From Macrostomum lignano (taxonomy: Eukaryota), in contig NIVC01000691.1 in the NCBI GenBank assembly GCA_002269645.1, positions 412,614 to 476,613 on the forward strand: DNA of 64,000 nucleotides, written 5' to 3'. Below the pieces are notes generated by a model, which saw nothing but the letters and a program-made list of their open reading frames with translations, did no database searches and was not told the origin of the DNA. Numbering within the stretch: the first letter of the stretch is position 1; every line of letters starts with the position of its first letter. Shown one piece after another: positions 23,411 to 34,791 of this stretch. A program made the position numbers and the translations under genes.

Positions 23411-26400
23411 CAGCGCGCAGGAGCTGCGTGTAAGGGTTAAAAAAATCTAGTACAAAGCGACCTGCTTTATTGTGTTCACCATTACCTGGTAAGTATTTTT
23501 CTAGAGTTTTTAAAAAATCTGCCGATGTCAAGCTCCACAATCAGTAAATTATTTAATTAGCATTAATTGCATGGCAAAAGGTCTAAACAAGTCATGATTT
23601 TTATCCAAGGACCATTGATTTTTTAAATTAAAGGCAAAATACACACCCATGAGTGCGTACCCCCAAGCCCCAAGGCACAGTGTACATGCATGACGAATAG
23701 CGAAAGCTGAGGCGCCGTACACCCCTAAGTGCGCATGATCAACCTCTATCAGTGTAGCGTCAGTTGCGTCACCGAAAAAATGGAGTGCATTTAGCGTCAC
23801 TCTCAGACAGGCAGATTTTTTATTTTTGAGCTATATAAATGATTAATTTAGCATAAATCAGCTCATCTCAGCATTTAGGAGTTGAAAAGCCTTGAACTGA
23901 ACACCACCATGCCAAACTACTCAAAATCTCACGAAGAGAACCGGCTGAAGGTCTGCCTTGTGTGCTTTAAGCGCGGGTCAGGCATGCAGCGCATTGGCAA
24001 AGCAGCTCTACCTCGCATCCAGCGGTACTTTTATGCAAACTACGATTTGAAGAACGAGTTTCTCCCAGCTGCTCTGTGTGCTCGATGCCAGGGTCTGCTG
24101 CTGGATATTGAACGGGGGAATCGAACTTCTGAAGCTCTTCCTGCCCCTTTTGATTTTTCAAAAGTCGTACCGACAAAGGAAACAAGGGGCCACCCGAAGT
24201 GCAGCTGCTGTCTCTGTGAGATTGCCAGAGAAAGTCCAATCGGCAAAGGACTCGGCACCTGGAAGCCGGAGCCGCATCGCCTTGGCAGACCGAAAACCGA
24301 TTCGCCAAACAAGGAGGTGCCACCTGCTCGTCCCATCACCATCTGCCAGAGATGTCACTCCACCATTGGCAGGGGTCTTAGCCACACCTGTACGCAATCT
24401 CGCTGGCTAAATAACATCTGCTCTGAGCTGTCACGTGATCCGCGTGGTTCAGAAATTCATGCTAGTGACGTCCTCAAAGCCAAGTTAACAGACGCAGGTG
24501 GCGATTCGCCTATTCGGCTGGCAACTCGAGGCCGCTCAATCACGCTAAGCGTGTCCGCTCAGAGTAGCAGGTGCTCCGCGGGTGCATTTGGTGACATAGC
24601 AGTGCCGGCTAGTGAGATTGCCAGGATGCAGGATGCGATCGGTTTGAGTGGTCGGCAAACCAGACAGGCGGCCCAGTTCTTCCGTGAGTGGAAGGGTCGC
24701 AGTTCGATCGAGCCAAACCTCCTGCATCGCCTGGCAGAATTGAATAGCGAGTTGGATCCATTTTATGCAACAGAGTCAGTCCAAGTCCGTTGCAGCACGG
24801 GCGAATTTGAAACGCGGACTGTTGTGTTCTGCTCCAACGTCTCTGGCTTGGTGGGCTACGTGCTGGCACGGCGGAGAATGGATCCTGATCCTGGCAGCTT
24901 CCTGCTTAAGATTGGTATTGATGGAGGACGCGGCTTTTTTAAAGTTTGCATGACATTGGTCCGGTCCGGGGAGCAGTCATCTATTCTACTAGGCGGTGTC
25001 ACCGAGGCCGGCAGCAGCCCTTTTGCCGAAGGTGGTGTAAAGAAGCTAATAATTATCGCAGCAGTTGAAAAAGTACCGGAGTACTATGAGAACGTGCAAA
25101 CTGTGCTCAATCTGCTGAACCTAGAAGACGTGTCTTTCTGCAGCTCCGTGGACATGAAACTTGCAAATGTGCTTCTTGGACTGCAGAGCGCCAGCAGCGC
25201 CCATCCCTGCCCGTGGTGCGAGACGCCTCGAAAAGAGTTCGCCAATCCCCATCGCAGTGTCAGATTGCGGACTTTCGGCTCCCCAAGCTGCCAAGCTGCC
25301 CAGTATCAGCGCATCGAGGGGCAACGAAGCTCAAAGCCATCAGGAGAGCCATTCCACAACTGCATCAGGCAACCACTGCTGAATTGGCCAGACAGTTCAA
25401 ACACGCTAGAAGCCGTGCCACCCATGGAGCTCCACCTGCTGCTAGGCCTTGTCAACAGGCTGTACGACGAGCTTGAGCAGCGCCTGACAGCATTGGGTCC
25501 CGACGGAGTCCGTGCTGCACAGTGGGCTGAGGCTCTTCACGTACGGCGCTCACCGTATCATGGCAGCCAGTTCAATGGCAATGAGTGCGACCGACTGCTT
25601 GGTGGAGTCGACAGCCTGCGCCAGATCCTCGCTGACCACGCTGCCTTCAGCGGAGTGCCTGTCGCCCATGCATTCAGCTGCCTGCGAGCTGTCCAGCAGA
25701 AGTGCTTCGGCCAACAACTGCTTGAAGGCTACGATACAGCAGTCAAAGAGTTCGAGGCGGCATACCACGCTCTGGCCATCAACATCACTCCGAAGGCCCA
25801 TGCCCTCATTGACCACGTGCCGCAGTTTTTGGAAGCGATGGCAGTACAATCTGGGTGTCGCCGAGGCCTTGGGTTTTGGTCTGAGCAGGCAATGGAGTCG
25901 GCACATCGCGACTTCAGCGACATGTGGAGTCAACGGTTCAAGGTGGATGCAACTCATCCGGAGTATGCTCGGCGTTTGCTCAGGTGCATCACGGTGTACA
26001 GCTCTCGGCATCTGTAAAATGGGCTACTGTGCTGTAAGCAGTTCTGTTGAAGGTGCAATAATATCCGAGTTACTTTAAAACCGATTGGTGCACCAGAATT
26101 CTTGTTTTGATAAATGGGGGACAAATTCAGGTTTTTTGTTTAATTTTTGGTGAGGTTACAGTTGGAGCTCTCTATTTTGAGGTCTGGTCATAGACAAATC
26201 AACCCCTGAAACTTCACAGCAAGGCTTCTCATGTCATGCAGTGTTTTAGACTCTCATGGCACGAAATAGTCTATGGACATTCTGCCACAAATTTTCTCTC
26301 GGCTTTACTCCAACTGTGGCTACACCAAGAACTAAAATTATTTTCTACAATTTGAAAAGACATAAATTTGTCGCCTATCTGTATTTCTTACTGTTTTTTA

Positions 26401-26778
26401 GTTATACTTTTCTATTACTATGTGTAACTTACTTTCTATTTATTTAACACTATAAATTGTTTCCAATTCTAGGCTATGCACACGAATTTATACAATAAAC
26501 TGTCACAAAAATTATATAATACACTATACATAACATGCATGTAATAGTGCAACGACCCTAGCTTAAAATATCAATGGTCCTTGGATAAAAATCATGACTT
26601 GTTTAGACCTTTCGCCATGCAATTAATGCTAATTAAATAATTTACTGATTGTAGAGCTTGACATCGGCAGATTTTTTAAAAACTCTAGAAAAATACTTAC
26701 CAGGTAATGGTGAACACAATAAAGCAGGTCGCTTTGTACTAGATTTTTTTAACCCTTACACGCAGCTCCTGCGCGCTG
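23411..26778 (+). mobile_element. Apparently autonomous CMC/Transib-type (Chapaev-like) DNA transposon
   Basis: 209-bp TIRs (23411-23619 / 26570-26778, 2 mismatches) starting CAGCGCGCAG and flanking one intact transposase ORF. Confidence 0.85.
23909..26017 (+). CDS. DDE transposase, Chapaev/Transib/RAG1-related, 702 aa
   Basis: N-terminal H-x7-CxxC...CxxC Zn motif; KIGIDGG; DMKLANVLLG..HPCPWC (C(2)C); ELHLLLG; FNGNE; PKAHALIDH (H(4)H); GFWSEQAMESAH. Uninterrupted ORF with accATG context. Confidence 0.85.
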   Translation: MPNYSKSHEENRLKVCLVCFKRGSGMQRIGKAALPRIQRYFYANYDLKNEFLPAALCARCQGLLLDIERGNRTSEALPAPFDFSKVVPTKETRGHPKCSCCLCEIARESPIGKGLGTWKPEPHRLGRPKTDSPNKEVPPARPITICQRCHSTIGRGLSHTCTQSRWLNNICSELSRDPRGSEIHASDVLKAKLTDAGGDSPIRLATRGRSITLSVSAQSSRCSAGAFGDIAVPASEIARMQDAIGLSGRQTRQAAQFFREWKGRSSIEPNLLHRLAELNSELDPFYATESVQVRCSTGEFETRTVVFCSNVSGLVGYVLARRRMDPDPGSFLLKIGIDGGRGFFKVCMTLVRSGEQSSILLGGVTEAGSSPFAEGGVKKLIIIAAVEKVPEYYENVQTVLNLLNLEDVSFCSSVDMKLANVLLGLQSASSAHPCPWCETPRKEFANPHRSVRLRTFGSPSCQAAQYQRIEGQRSSKPSGEPFHNCIRQPLLNWPDSSNTLEAVPPMELHLLLGLVNRLYDELEQRLTALGPDGVRAAQWAEALHVRRSPYHGSQFNGNECDRLLGGVDSLRQILADHAAFSGVPVAHAFSCLRAVQQKCFGQQLLEGYDTAVKEFEAAYHALAINITPKAHALIDHVPQFLEAMAVQSGCRRGLGFWSEQAMESAHRDFSDMWSQRFKVDATHPEYARRLLRCITVYSSRHL

Positions 26779-27479
26779 TAGTCTGTGTGTCTGTCTGTCT
26801 GTGGACAATTTTGATCGCTATGGACTCCCAAACCACTCAACCAAATGACACCAAATTTTACACCCACCCTAAAATTGCTACGGAGAATGTCTTAGGCTAC
26901 TTTTAAATTTCCTAAATTTGAGTCTTCCCACCTAAAAGTGCCAAAAACTGCTCAAAATGCGAGATTTTTTTACTAAATCCTCCATAGCACCGCTCCACTT
27001 CTACCGATCCTCTTCAAATTTGACACAATCAATTTTCAACTATTTTGACACAATCGTGTAAAATTTCGAATCTGAAAGTTAATCCTGAACGGCGCTGTGC
27101 ACTTTTAAAGTTTGGCTTTTTTTCAGCGAGGCAGCCACCCCAACCTCCGCCTGCCTGCCTCTCTTTCCCGATCTGGGCAAATGGTGTGAATATGTTTTAA
27201 AATGCCTAACTTTCGGCTGCCATAGTTTTGCTCCACGTGAAGCGATTGACTTCAAATTTGACAAAATTCTTTATTGACTCATTCTCTGCCTACATGTAAA
27301 GTCTCAACTCTGTATCTCAATCAGGACAGAAACTGTAAGCATGTGAAGTTTGTCTGCTTTTTCTGTTGTTTGTGCCGCTCACTCACTCATTCCCCAGCCC
27401 AGACGAAGGGTCAGGCGATAGGGCTCAATGTACTTAGCGAATGTACAGTGTTTTGGAATAACTTTTTAATAGCCTTCTC

Positions 27480-28624
27480 GGGTCTATGAAATTTGCTTGC
27501 GAGAAGTTTGCTTGCCGAAGTCTGCTTGCCGAACTTTGCTTGCGGAATTTTGCTTGCCGAAGTCTGCTTGCCGAACTTTGCTTGCGGAATTTTGCCTGCC
27601 GAAGTTTGCTTGCCGAGCTTTGCTTGCCGAACTTTGCTTGCCGAACTTTGCTTGCCGAATTTTGCTTGCAGGAAATTTGCTTGCTGCACATAAGCTTGCC
27701 GAAGTTTGCTTGCAGGAAATTTGCTTGCCGAACTTTGCTTGCAGAAAATTTTCTTGCGAGGTTTGCCAGCCAAAGTTTTGCGGAACCTTAAAGAAACCTA
27801 TTTTTGAGCTCTTGTATTTCTAATTTTCATTTTCTAAGATTCGTGGAAGTCGCCTATAATAGTGTTATAATTTTGTATGAGGATATGGCGGATTATTAAC
27901 TACATTTTATATACTAAAATATTATTAGTATATGCATTATTATACATTAACATCACTGCAATTATCATACCTGCTCAATCGTGCTGAAATCAGGAACTAC
28001 AAAGATTTATACTGTTACCGATCCCTATCTACCTATACTAAATCTCTAAGCAATCTATATACTACATTCTTAGAATGAAACTCTATAAGCCTAGTTTGAA
28101 AACTTAGTGTCAAGTCAGTTTACGTCGACCCTGATAAGAATCCACTTGCAAAGCATCTGTAGTAAGTAATAATTGACTGACCAACTTTACAAGCAATCAA
28201 AACAAGCAAGCAAACAAGAAAATAATTCTGCAAGTTAAAACCTTGCGATTGTGTGATTGCAATTTTCTAGAAAGCAGACATCAAAATTTCGCAAGCAAAG
28301 TTCGGCAAGCAAAATTCCTGCAAGCAAAGTTCGGCAAGCAAACTTCGGCAGGCAAAGTTCCTGCAAGCAAATTTCCTGCAAGCAAAGTTCGGTAAGCAAA
28401 GTTCGGCAAGCAAAGTTCGGCAAGCAAAGTTCGGCAGGCAAAATTCCGCAAGCAAAGTTCGGCAAGCAAACTTCGACAAGCAAAGTTCGGCAAGCAAAGT
28501 TCGGCAAGCAAAGTTCGGCAAGCAAAATTCCGCAAGCAAAGCTCGGCAAGCAAAGTTCGGCAAGCAAAATTCCTGCAAGCAAAGTTCGGCAAGCAAACTT
28601 CCCGCAAGCAAACGTCGTACTCCC
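27480..28624. mobile_element. Foldback/Mutator-like non-autonomous element 1
   Basis: 9-bp TSD AGCCTTCTC (27471-27479, 28625-28633); GGG termini; arms built of inverted arrays of ~15-bp GCAAGCAAA(G/A)TTC(G/C) units. Confidence 0.85.
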
Positions 28625-29164
28625 AGCCTTCTCGGCACCCCGCGCGTGGAAAGGCAACGTTTGACAGTTTAGCGAGAGATTCAAGCCACTGCAGAGACAA
28701 GTCTGCAGCAGTTTAACAGTGGATGGATGGCAAATCAAGGCGATGTGGGGATGGTTTGTAAAAGTAGCGATAAATTAATAAATAACTGATTACAATGCAA
28801 TCCTACTAAAAGTTACACCACGAAAATTTTAACATTAAGATCGCATAAAGTACCTCAAAATTTAAATGGTTCCTAAGAAATGCGTATTTCCTTGGTTGTT
28901 AGACTGCTGCAGACTGGTGATGGAGCTGGAGATACACAAATTCCTCTCAGGGCTGCAAATTGGCCAGAAAGATGACGTGATTAAAGCATGAGAAATGATA
29001 ACAACCATGATAGTACTACGTCCCACAAACTGGCTTTCGAAGCAGGGATCGGCAGATTTTTACCTGAAAGGTAAAATCCAGCTTTTTATCCAGCTCATGG
29101 CTGCGGGCCAGATGAGATTGAAAAGGAGAAGGAATAGACTACTAGAAAGGGAGGAGGGGCGAGA

Positions 29165-30731
29165 GGGTCTACGACGTTTGCCTGCGGGACGTTTGCCAGC
29201 CGACGTTTGCCTGCGGGACGTTTGCCAGCCGACATTTGCCAGCCGACGTTTGCCAGCCGACGTTTGCCAGCGGGACGTTTGCCAGCCGAAGTTTGCCTGC
29301 CGGACGTTTGCCTGCGGGACGTTTGCCAGCCGACGTTTGCCAGCCGACGTTTGCCAGCCGACGTTTGCCAGCCGACGTTTGCCAGCCGACATTTGCCAGC
29401 CGACGTTTGCCTGCCGGACGTTTGCCAGCCGACGTTTGCCTGCCGGAAGTTTGCCAGCCAAAATTTGCTAGCCAATATAAAGCCAGTCAGTGAAAAATTT
29501 GATACTGAAACATTCGCAGTTTAGCGGTTTGACAAAAACCGTTTTTAATCCAACTTTTTGACGGTTATTCGCATATATACAAGTTTGAAAGCAAAATCTA
29601 TAAATTATGAAATTTATGCAAAATCTATATAAATTATGCAATTTATATAGATTTACATCTAATATCCAGTTTAACAACGATTTTCTTTGAATGTGAAAAT
29701 ATTGTTTACTTTTGACAATTGTGTATCGTTTTTCCCAGTTTGAGATGTTTGATTTTTGATGTGCGAAAGAAGACGCGCAGATTACAACGGGAATCTCCAG
29801 CGATTAAGTTATGAGGCAAACAAAAAGAGCTGCTGAGCGGTAATTCTGGCTCATATATTTCTCAGTTCATTGGGAGATCTAAAAGTAAGCAAATTGATTC
29901 CAATGCTGTTGTATTACTACTCAAGTAAGCAAGGAAACCGCGATCTCAACGTACATGTGTAGACGAGTCGAATGCGGTACGTTTTTATAGTAAGCTATAT
30001 AGCTGAATAGCCAGACAAGCCGCCAGTAGCAAGCTAGTAGAATAGCAAGCGCTAGACACTACGTATGCAAAGCTTAGTCATGCCAAGGACTACTAAAGTA
30101 GAAGTACGCAGCACTCTAAATCTATGAAAAATGTTTTGAAGGCCATAGGGAGATAGGAAGTTTTCATCTTTTCAGCACAACAATTGTTATTGCTTTCATA
30201 CGAGGCAAACCCAATGTTCATCTTTTGATATGTTGTGCCAAAATCGTTGTTAAACTAGATATTAGACGTTAGACTGATGAACTGCATAATTTATATATTT
30301 TGCTTTCAAACTTGTATACATGCGAATAACCGTCAAAAAGTTGGAGTAAAAACGGTTTTTGTCAAACCGCTAAACTGCGAATGTTTCAGTATCAAATTTT
30401 TCACTGACTGGCTTTATATTGGCTAGCAAATTTTGGCTGGCAAACTTCCGGCAGGCAAACGTCGGCTGGCAAACGTCGGCTGGCAAACGCCCGGCAGACA
30501 AACGTCCGGCAGGCAAACTTCGGCTGGCAAACGTCCCGCTGGCAAACGTCGGCTGGCAAACGTCGGCTGGCAAACGTCGGCTGGCAAACGTCCCGCAGGC
30601 AAACGTCCGGCAGGCAAACTTCGGCTGGCAAACGTCCCACTGGCAAACGTCGGCTGGCAAATGTCGGCTGGCAAACGTCCCGCAGGCAAACGTCGGCTGG
30701 CAAACGTCCCGCAGGCAAACGTCGCTATCCC
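29165..30731. mobile_element. Foldback/Mutator-like non-autonomous element 2
   Basis: 9-bp TSD GGGGCGAGA (29156-29164, 30732-30740); termini GGGTCTACGACGTTTGCC / GGGATAGCGACGTTTGCC; ~500-bp inverted arms made of 14-15-bp units plus ~200 bp of unique sequence. Confidence 0.88.
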
Positions 30732-31776
30732 GGGGCGAGAGGGGGGTAAGAAAAAAGATAGACGATAATAGGAGAGACGAGGGGTAAGGAGAGAGCAGAC
30801 AGCAGAGTATATGGGAGGAAGAAGCAAGAGGAGGGGAGAGAGGAGGGAGAGGAAATAGTAAAGGTGAGAAGAGGGAGAGAGAAGAGGGGAGAGATGAGAC
30901 AGAGGATCGATGGGAGAGGAGAGTAGAGAAGAGTGAGAAGAGAGTAGAGATGAGAGAGCAGATAGAAGATGAGAGAGGAGAGATTAGAGAGGGTAGGGAA
31001 GAGAGTAGATGAAAGGGGGAGAGAGGAGTGAGAAGAGAGTTGAGAAAGAAGAGTGGGAAGGGAAGAGTAAAGGAAAGAGGAGGAGAGATGAAAGAGATGA
31101 GATTATAGAGATGGGAGAGATGAAAGGAAAGATGAGAGAGTAGAGATGAGAGATGAAGGAAGAGAGAGCAGAGTGCAGAGAGACGGGTTTAGAGAATAGA
31201 GGGAAGAGAGTATACAAGAGATAAAGAGAAGAGTACACAGGAGAGAGGAGAGTAGAGATGACAGAAGAGAAAGGGGGATGAGAGAGCAAAGGTGAGAGTG
31301 AACAGACGATATATGAGAGAAGAGAGGAGAGTGGAGAGAGAAGAGAGAAGACAAGAGAGGGAGAGAGTATAGAAGAGGGAAGAGAAGAGAAGAGAAGAAA
31401 GGAGAAAGAAAAGAGAGGAGTCAAAAGAGGGGAAAAAGAAGAGTACAGAGGAGAGAGGTGAGAGAACACACGCGTATAAGAGAGTAATGACAGATGAGAG
31501 AGGGGAGATAAGAGAGCAGAAACAAGAGTGAACAGACGAGAGATGGGAGAGTAAAGAGAAAAGAGGAGAGGTGAGACAAAGGGAGAGAGAAGTGAGTGAG
31601 GAAGAGGAGGGGAGGGGAGGGGAGAGAATCGAGAGGACAGGGAAAGAGGGGAAAGGATGAGAGAGGAGAGGAAAGAGGGGAAAGGAGGAGAGAGGAGAGG
31701 AAAGAGGGGAAAGGATGAGAGTGGAGAGGAAAGATGGGAAAGATTAGAGAGGAGAAGACAGATGAGACAGGAGAGA

Positions 31777-31847
<71 letters not shown>

Positions 31848-32654
31848 CAAGCAGAGAATAATGGGAAGAGATAAGAGAGAAAAGAGGTGAGGAAAGAGAT
31901 GAGAGGAGAGAGTGGAGAGAGGAGAGGAGAGAGTTGAGAGAAGAGATGAGAAAGGGGAGAGGAGTAGATGAAGGAAGTGTTGAAAGGGTAGAGTAAGGAC
32001 TGAGAAGAGAAGGAAGAGACAAGAGACGAGAGAGAAGAGAGGAAACAGAAGAGAAGATAGAAATTTCAAAGGATCCAAGGGGCATAGGGAGACAGAGAGG
32101 CAGATGCAGAGGCAGAGGCCAGCCAGACTGCCAGAGTTTGCCTGACATTCTGCGCAGCACCCTAGCCAACAATATCAATGTTTGCCTCAAATCCTAATTT
32201 TACACAAATGTGTACTCTATTTTATGTTTAACTCTTTCGTAACTATTAACAAGTTTTTGTTTGAGTTAGACCTCAGATTTTAGAATACATGCAAAAATAG
32301 TTCCGGGGATTGAAATTCCCCGGGTTCAAAATCAGCGGGTTTCAACAGCTTGTTATATTTATATAAAAATATTTTTGCATTATTATTTTAAGAGAGCTAT
32401 GTGGCACTATGTCTTAAAGGGATATGGTCATTTCATCTCCTGTCATTTTGTCTGCCAGCAGACAAAATGACTATTCAGTGGTGGGTATAATAATTGTTTA
32501 TTTTAGCATGATTTGACATATTACATATTTAATGATTAGTTAATTAATTTGTGCATAATTTAGTTGCCAATATTCAAAGCAAAGGAAAATAATTTGTTAT
32601 GATGCTTTGCTCATATGTTTAACTTTTATAGACAACAGCCTATCAGATCTATAA

Positions 32655-34791
32655 ATGAGCAGTGTAGAAAAAGAAGGTCTACTATCAGCCACTGCTGGTG
32701 CTGGCAGTGGTTTACCAACCAAAGAAACCCAAGGGCAGCCTGCTTCAGTGCCAGTGCAGCACAATGAACTCTACCGCGAAATTGACTCTGACAGTGAGCA
32801 GCAGCCCTGGTGGAAGGCGAACTTTCTTATCACAACACAGCGTGTCACTTTTGGCACCTGGGATGGCGTGTTTACCTCCTGCGTGATGAACATCTTCGGC
32901 ACTCTGGTATTTCTGCGCGCTGGCTGGCTGGTGGGTCAGGCTGGCCTTCCACTGGCGCTCCTGGCCTGCTGTCTGACTGCCACTGTTGGCCTTCTCACCG
33001 CACTTAGTGCCATCGGTGTCTGCCTCCAATGCGGCGTTGAGTCTGGCGGAGTGCACAGCCTGCTTGGCCGCGTGCTTGGTGACAAATTTGGCTCCGCCAT
33101 TGGCCTGGTTTATTGCCTCGGTCAAGCTATTGGCGTCTCTCTGTGCACTGCTGGCCTTGGGGAGTCCGTTGCCAACATGTTTGGTATTGTAGGCAGCGAC
33201 TGGGCCTCTCGCGCTTTTGCCTTAGTCTTGACCGCCACTCTGCTTGCCGTCGCTGGTGCCGGCGTCAAGTGGGTCATCCGCTTGCAGCTGCTCCTGCTGG
33301 CGGTTGTCGTGCTAGCTGTTTTCGACTTCGTCATTGGATCTGGTTTTCGCGGCAGTGTCACAAATGACAACGGCGTCCTTGGTTACGGCAGTGGCGCAGT
33401 TGGAAACAATACTCGGCCAGAGTTCTCCGAGGGAGAGACTTTCCTGACTGTGCTAGGCGTGTTCTTTCCCACCATCACAGGCGTCCTGGCTGGTGTCAAC
33501 ATGGCTGGGGATCTTGCCGATCCGCTACGCAGCATTCCAACTGGAACTATGTCAGCCATCGGAGCCAGCTTCGTTTTGTACGTTACCTTCGTGATTGTCC
33601 TTGGTGCCACCTGCTCCAGAGTAGCGCTTCAGTCCGACTATCTGATTGGTCAGCAGGTATCTCTGCTAGGTCCCGTGTTCCTGTGTGGCCTATACGTGAG
33701 CTCCTTGAGTTCGGCGCTGGGTGGCCTGACAGCTGCTTCTCGGGTGCTGTCAGCCATCGCTCACAGCACGCAGCTACCCGGTTTGCGTCACCTGTCAGTG
33801 CACAAATTCAGCGCCCAGGTGCCGATCTACGCCCTGATTGCGGTAGCCGTTGTCACAATTGCTTTCAACATAGCCGGCAGCCTCAATATCCTGGCGCCCA
33901 TTGTAGCCATGCCGTTTTTAGCCACGTACGCCACAGTTTGCTACGCTAACTTTGCCCTTGAGATGAGTAAAAAAATTGGCAACCAACACATAGGTGAGTA
34001 GTTGTTTTTATGCAGCAAAATTGTATGTTTCCATTCATATTTAACCATCAACTAGTTCATGTTAAAATAATTTTTATGATTTCTCTACTATTTAGAAATA
34101 ATATTTGCCGGAATAAATTGGTGCCAGCAATCTTAACTACTAATAATTGTAGCGTAGGGGTAAGGAATCAGTTCGTGATAAAAGTTCCTTAAAGCGCTCT
34201 TATATTTAGCTGCGAGAGAGAATCGAAAGCATGCCTATCATGCTGATTACGCAACAACTTGTTTCTCCCCACGTGGCAGGTCGCAACAGCAAGTCCGATC
34301 AGCAAGCTGGGACTGGCAGTGACTTGGACACGCTGTTTCCTGACGCTGGCCCTGCTTCAAATCGCGGGCCAGACGAGGCGCCGCTCAAAGGCGAAGTCTC
34401 AACTGTCTGGTCTCGCCTGGCCAACGGCTGGCTGTCTCTGTTCTCCTGCTGCGCCTGCCTAGCTGTCATGCTGGCCATCAACTGGATCTACGCTCTGGTC
34501 ACCAGCCTGCTGGTTGTTGGCCTGCACGTCTACGTTGGTCACTTCTGCCCCGGCGCCAGTCCCGGCGTTGCTGACTTTTCTCTCATCGGCTGGATTCAGT
34601 CCCTGCGCCGCGGTGGCGGCGGCCACGGCGGCAGCGCTGGCGGTTTCGGCATAGTGTCCGCTAGACCTCCGCCAAAGCCCGGCACCGAGGGCGCGCTGCT
34701 GACACAGGACAACGAGGATTACGCTGAGCGGGGCAAGTACCACCAGAGCCGACAGCTGGACCCGCGGCTTGTGCCAGATGATCTCGAGTGA
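32655..34791 (+). CDS. SLC12A8: Cation-chloride cotransporter family member, SLC12A8-like; join(32655..33993,34280..34791), 616 aa
   Basis: PWWK...FGTWDGVFTSCVMNIFG..FLRAGWLVG and FFPTITGVLAGVNMAGDL motifs; C-terminal DYAERGKYHQS. GT-AG phase-1 intron 33994-34279 keeps the frame. Confidence 0.85.

Larger units (their letters stand above)
23381..32352 (+). mobile_element. Non-autonomous Helitron, copy B, carrying three nested insertions
   Basis: Head TCTCTACATATAAAAATC directly follows the end of copy A. The body resumes at ~26781, 28625 and 30732, and ends CAACAGCTTG|T at 32352. Confidence 0.72.

Noticed and set aside
27411-30827. Many overlapping repetitive ORFs
   Set aside because: Products of the foldback-arm arrays, open in several frames on both strands.
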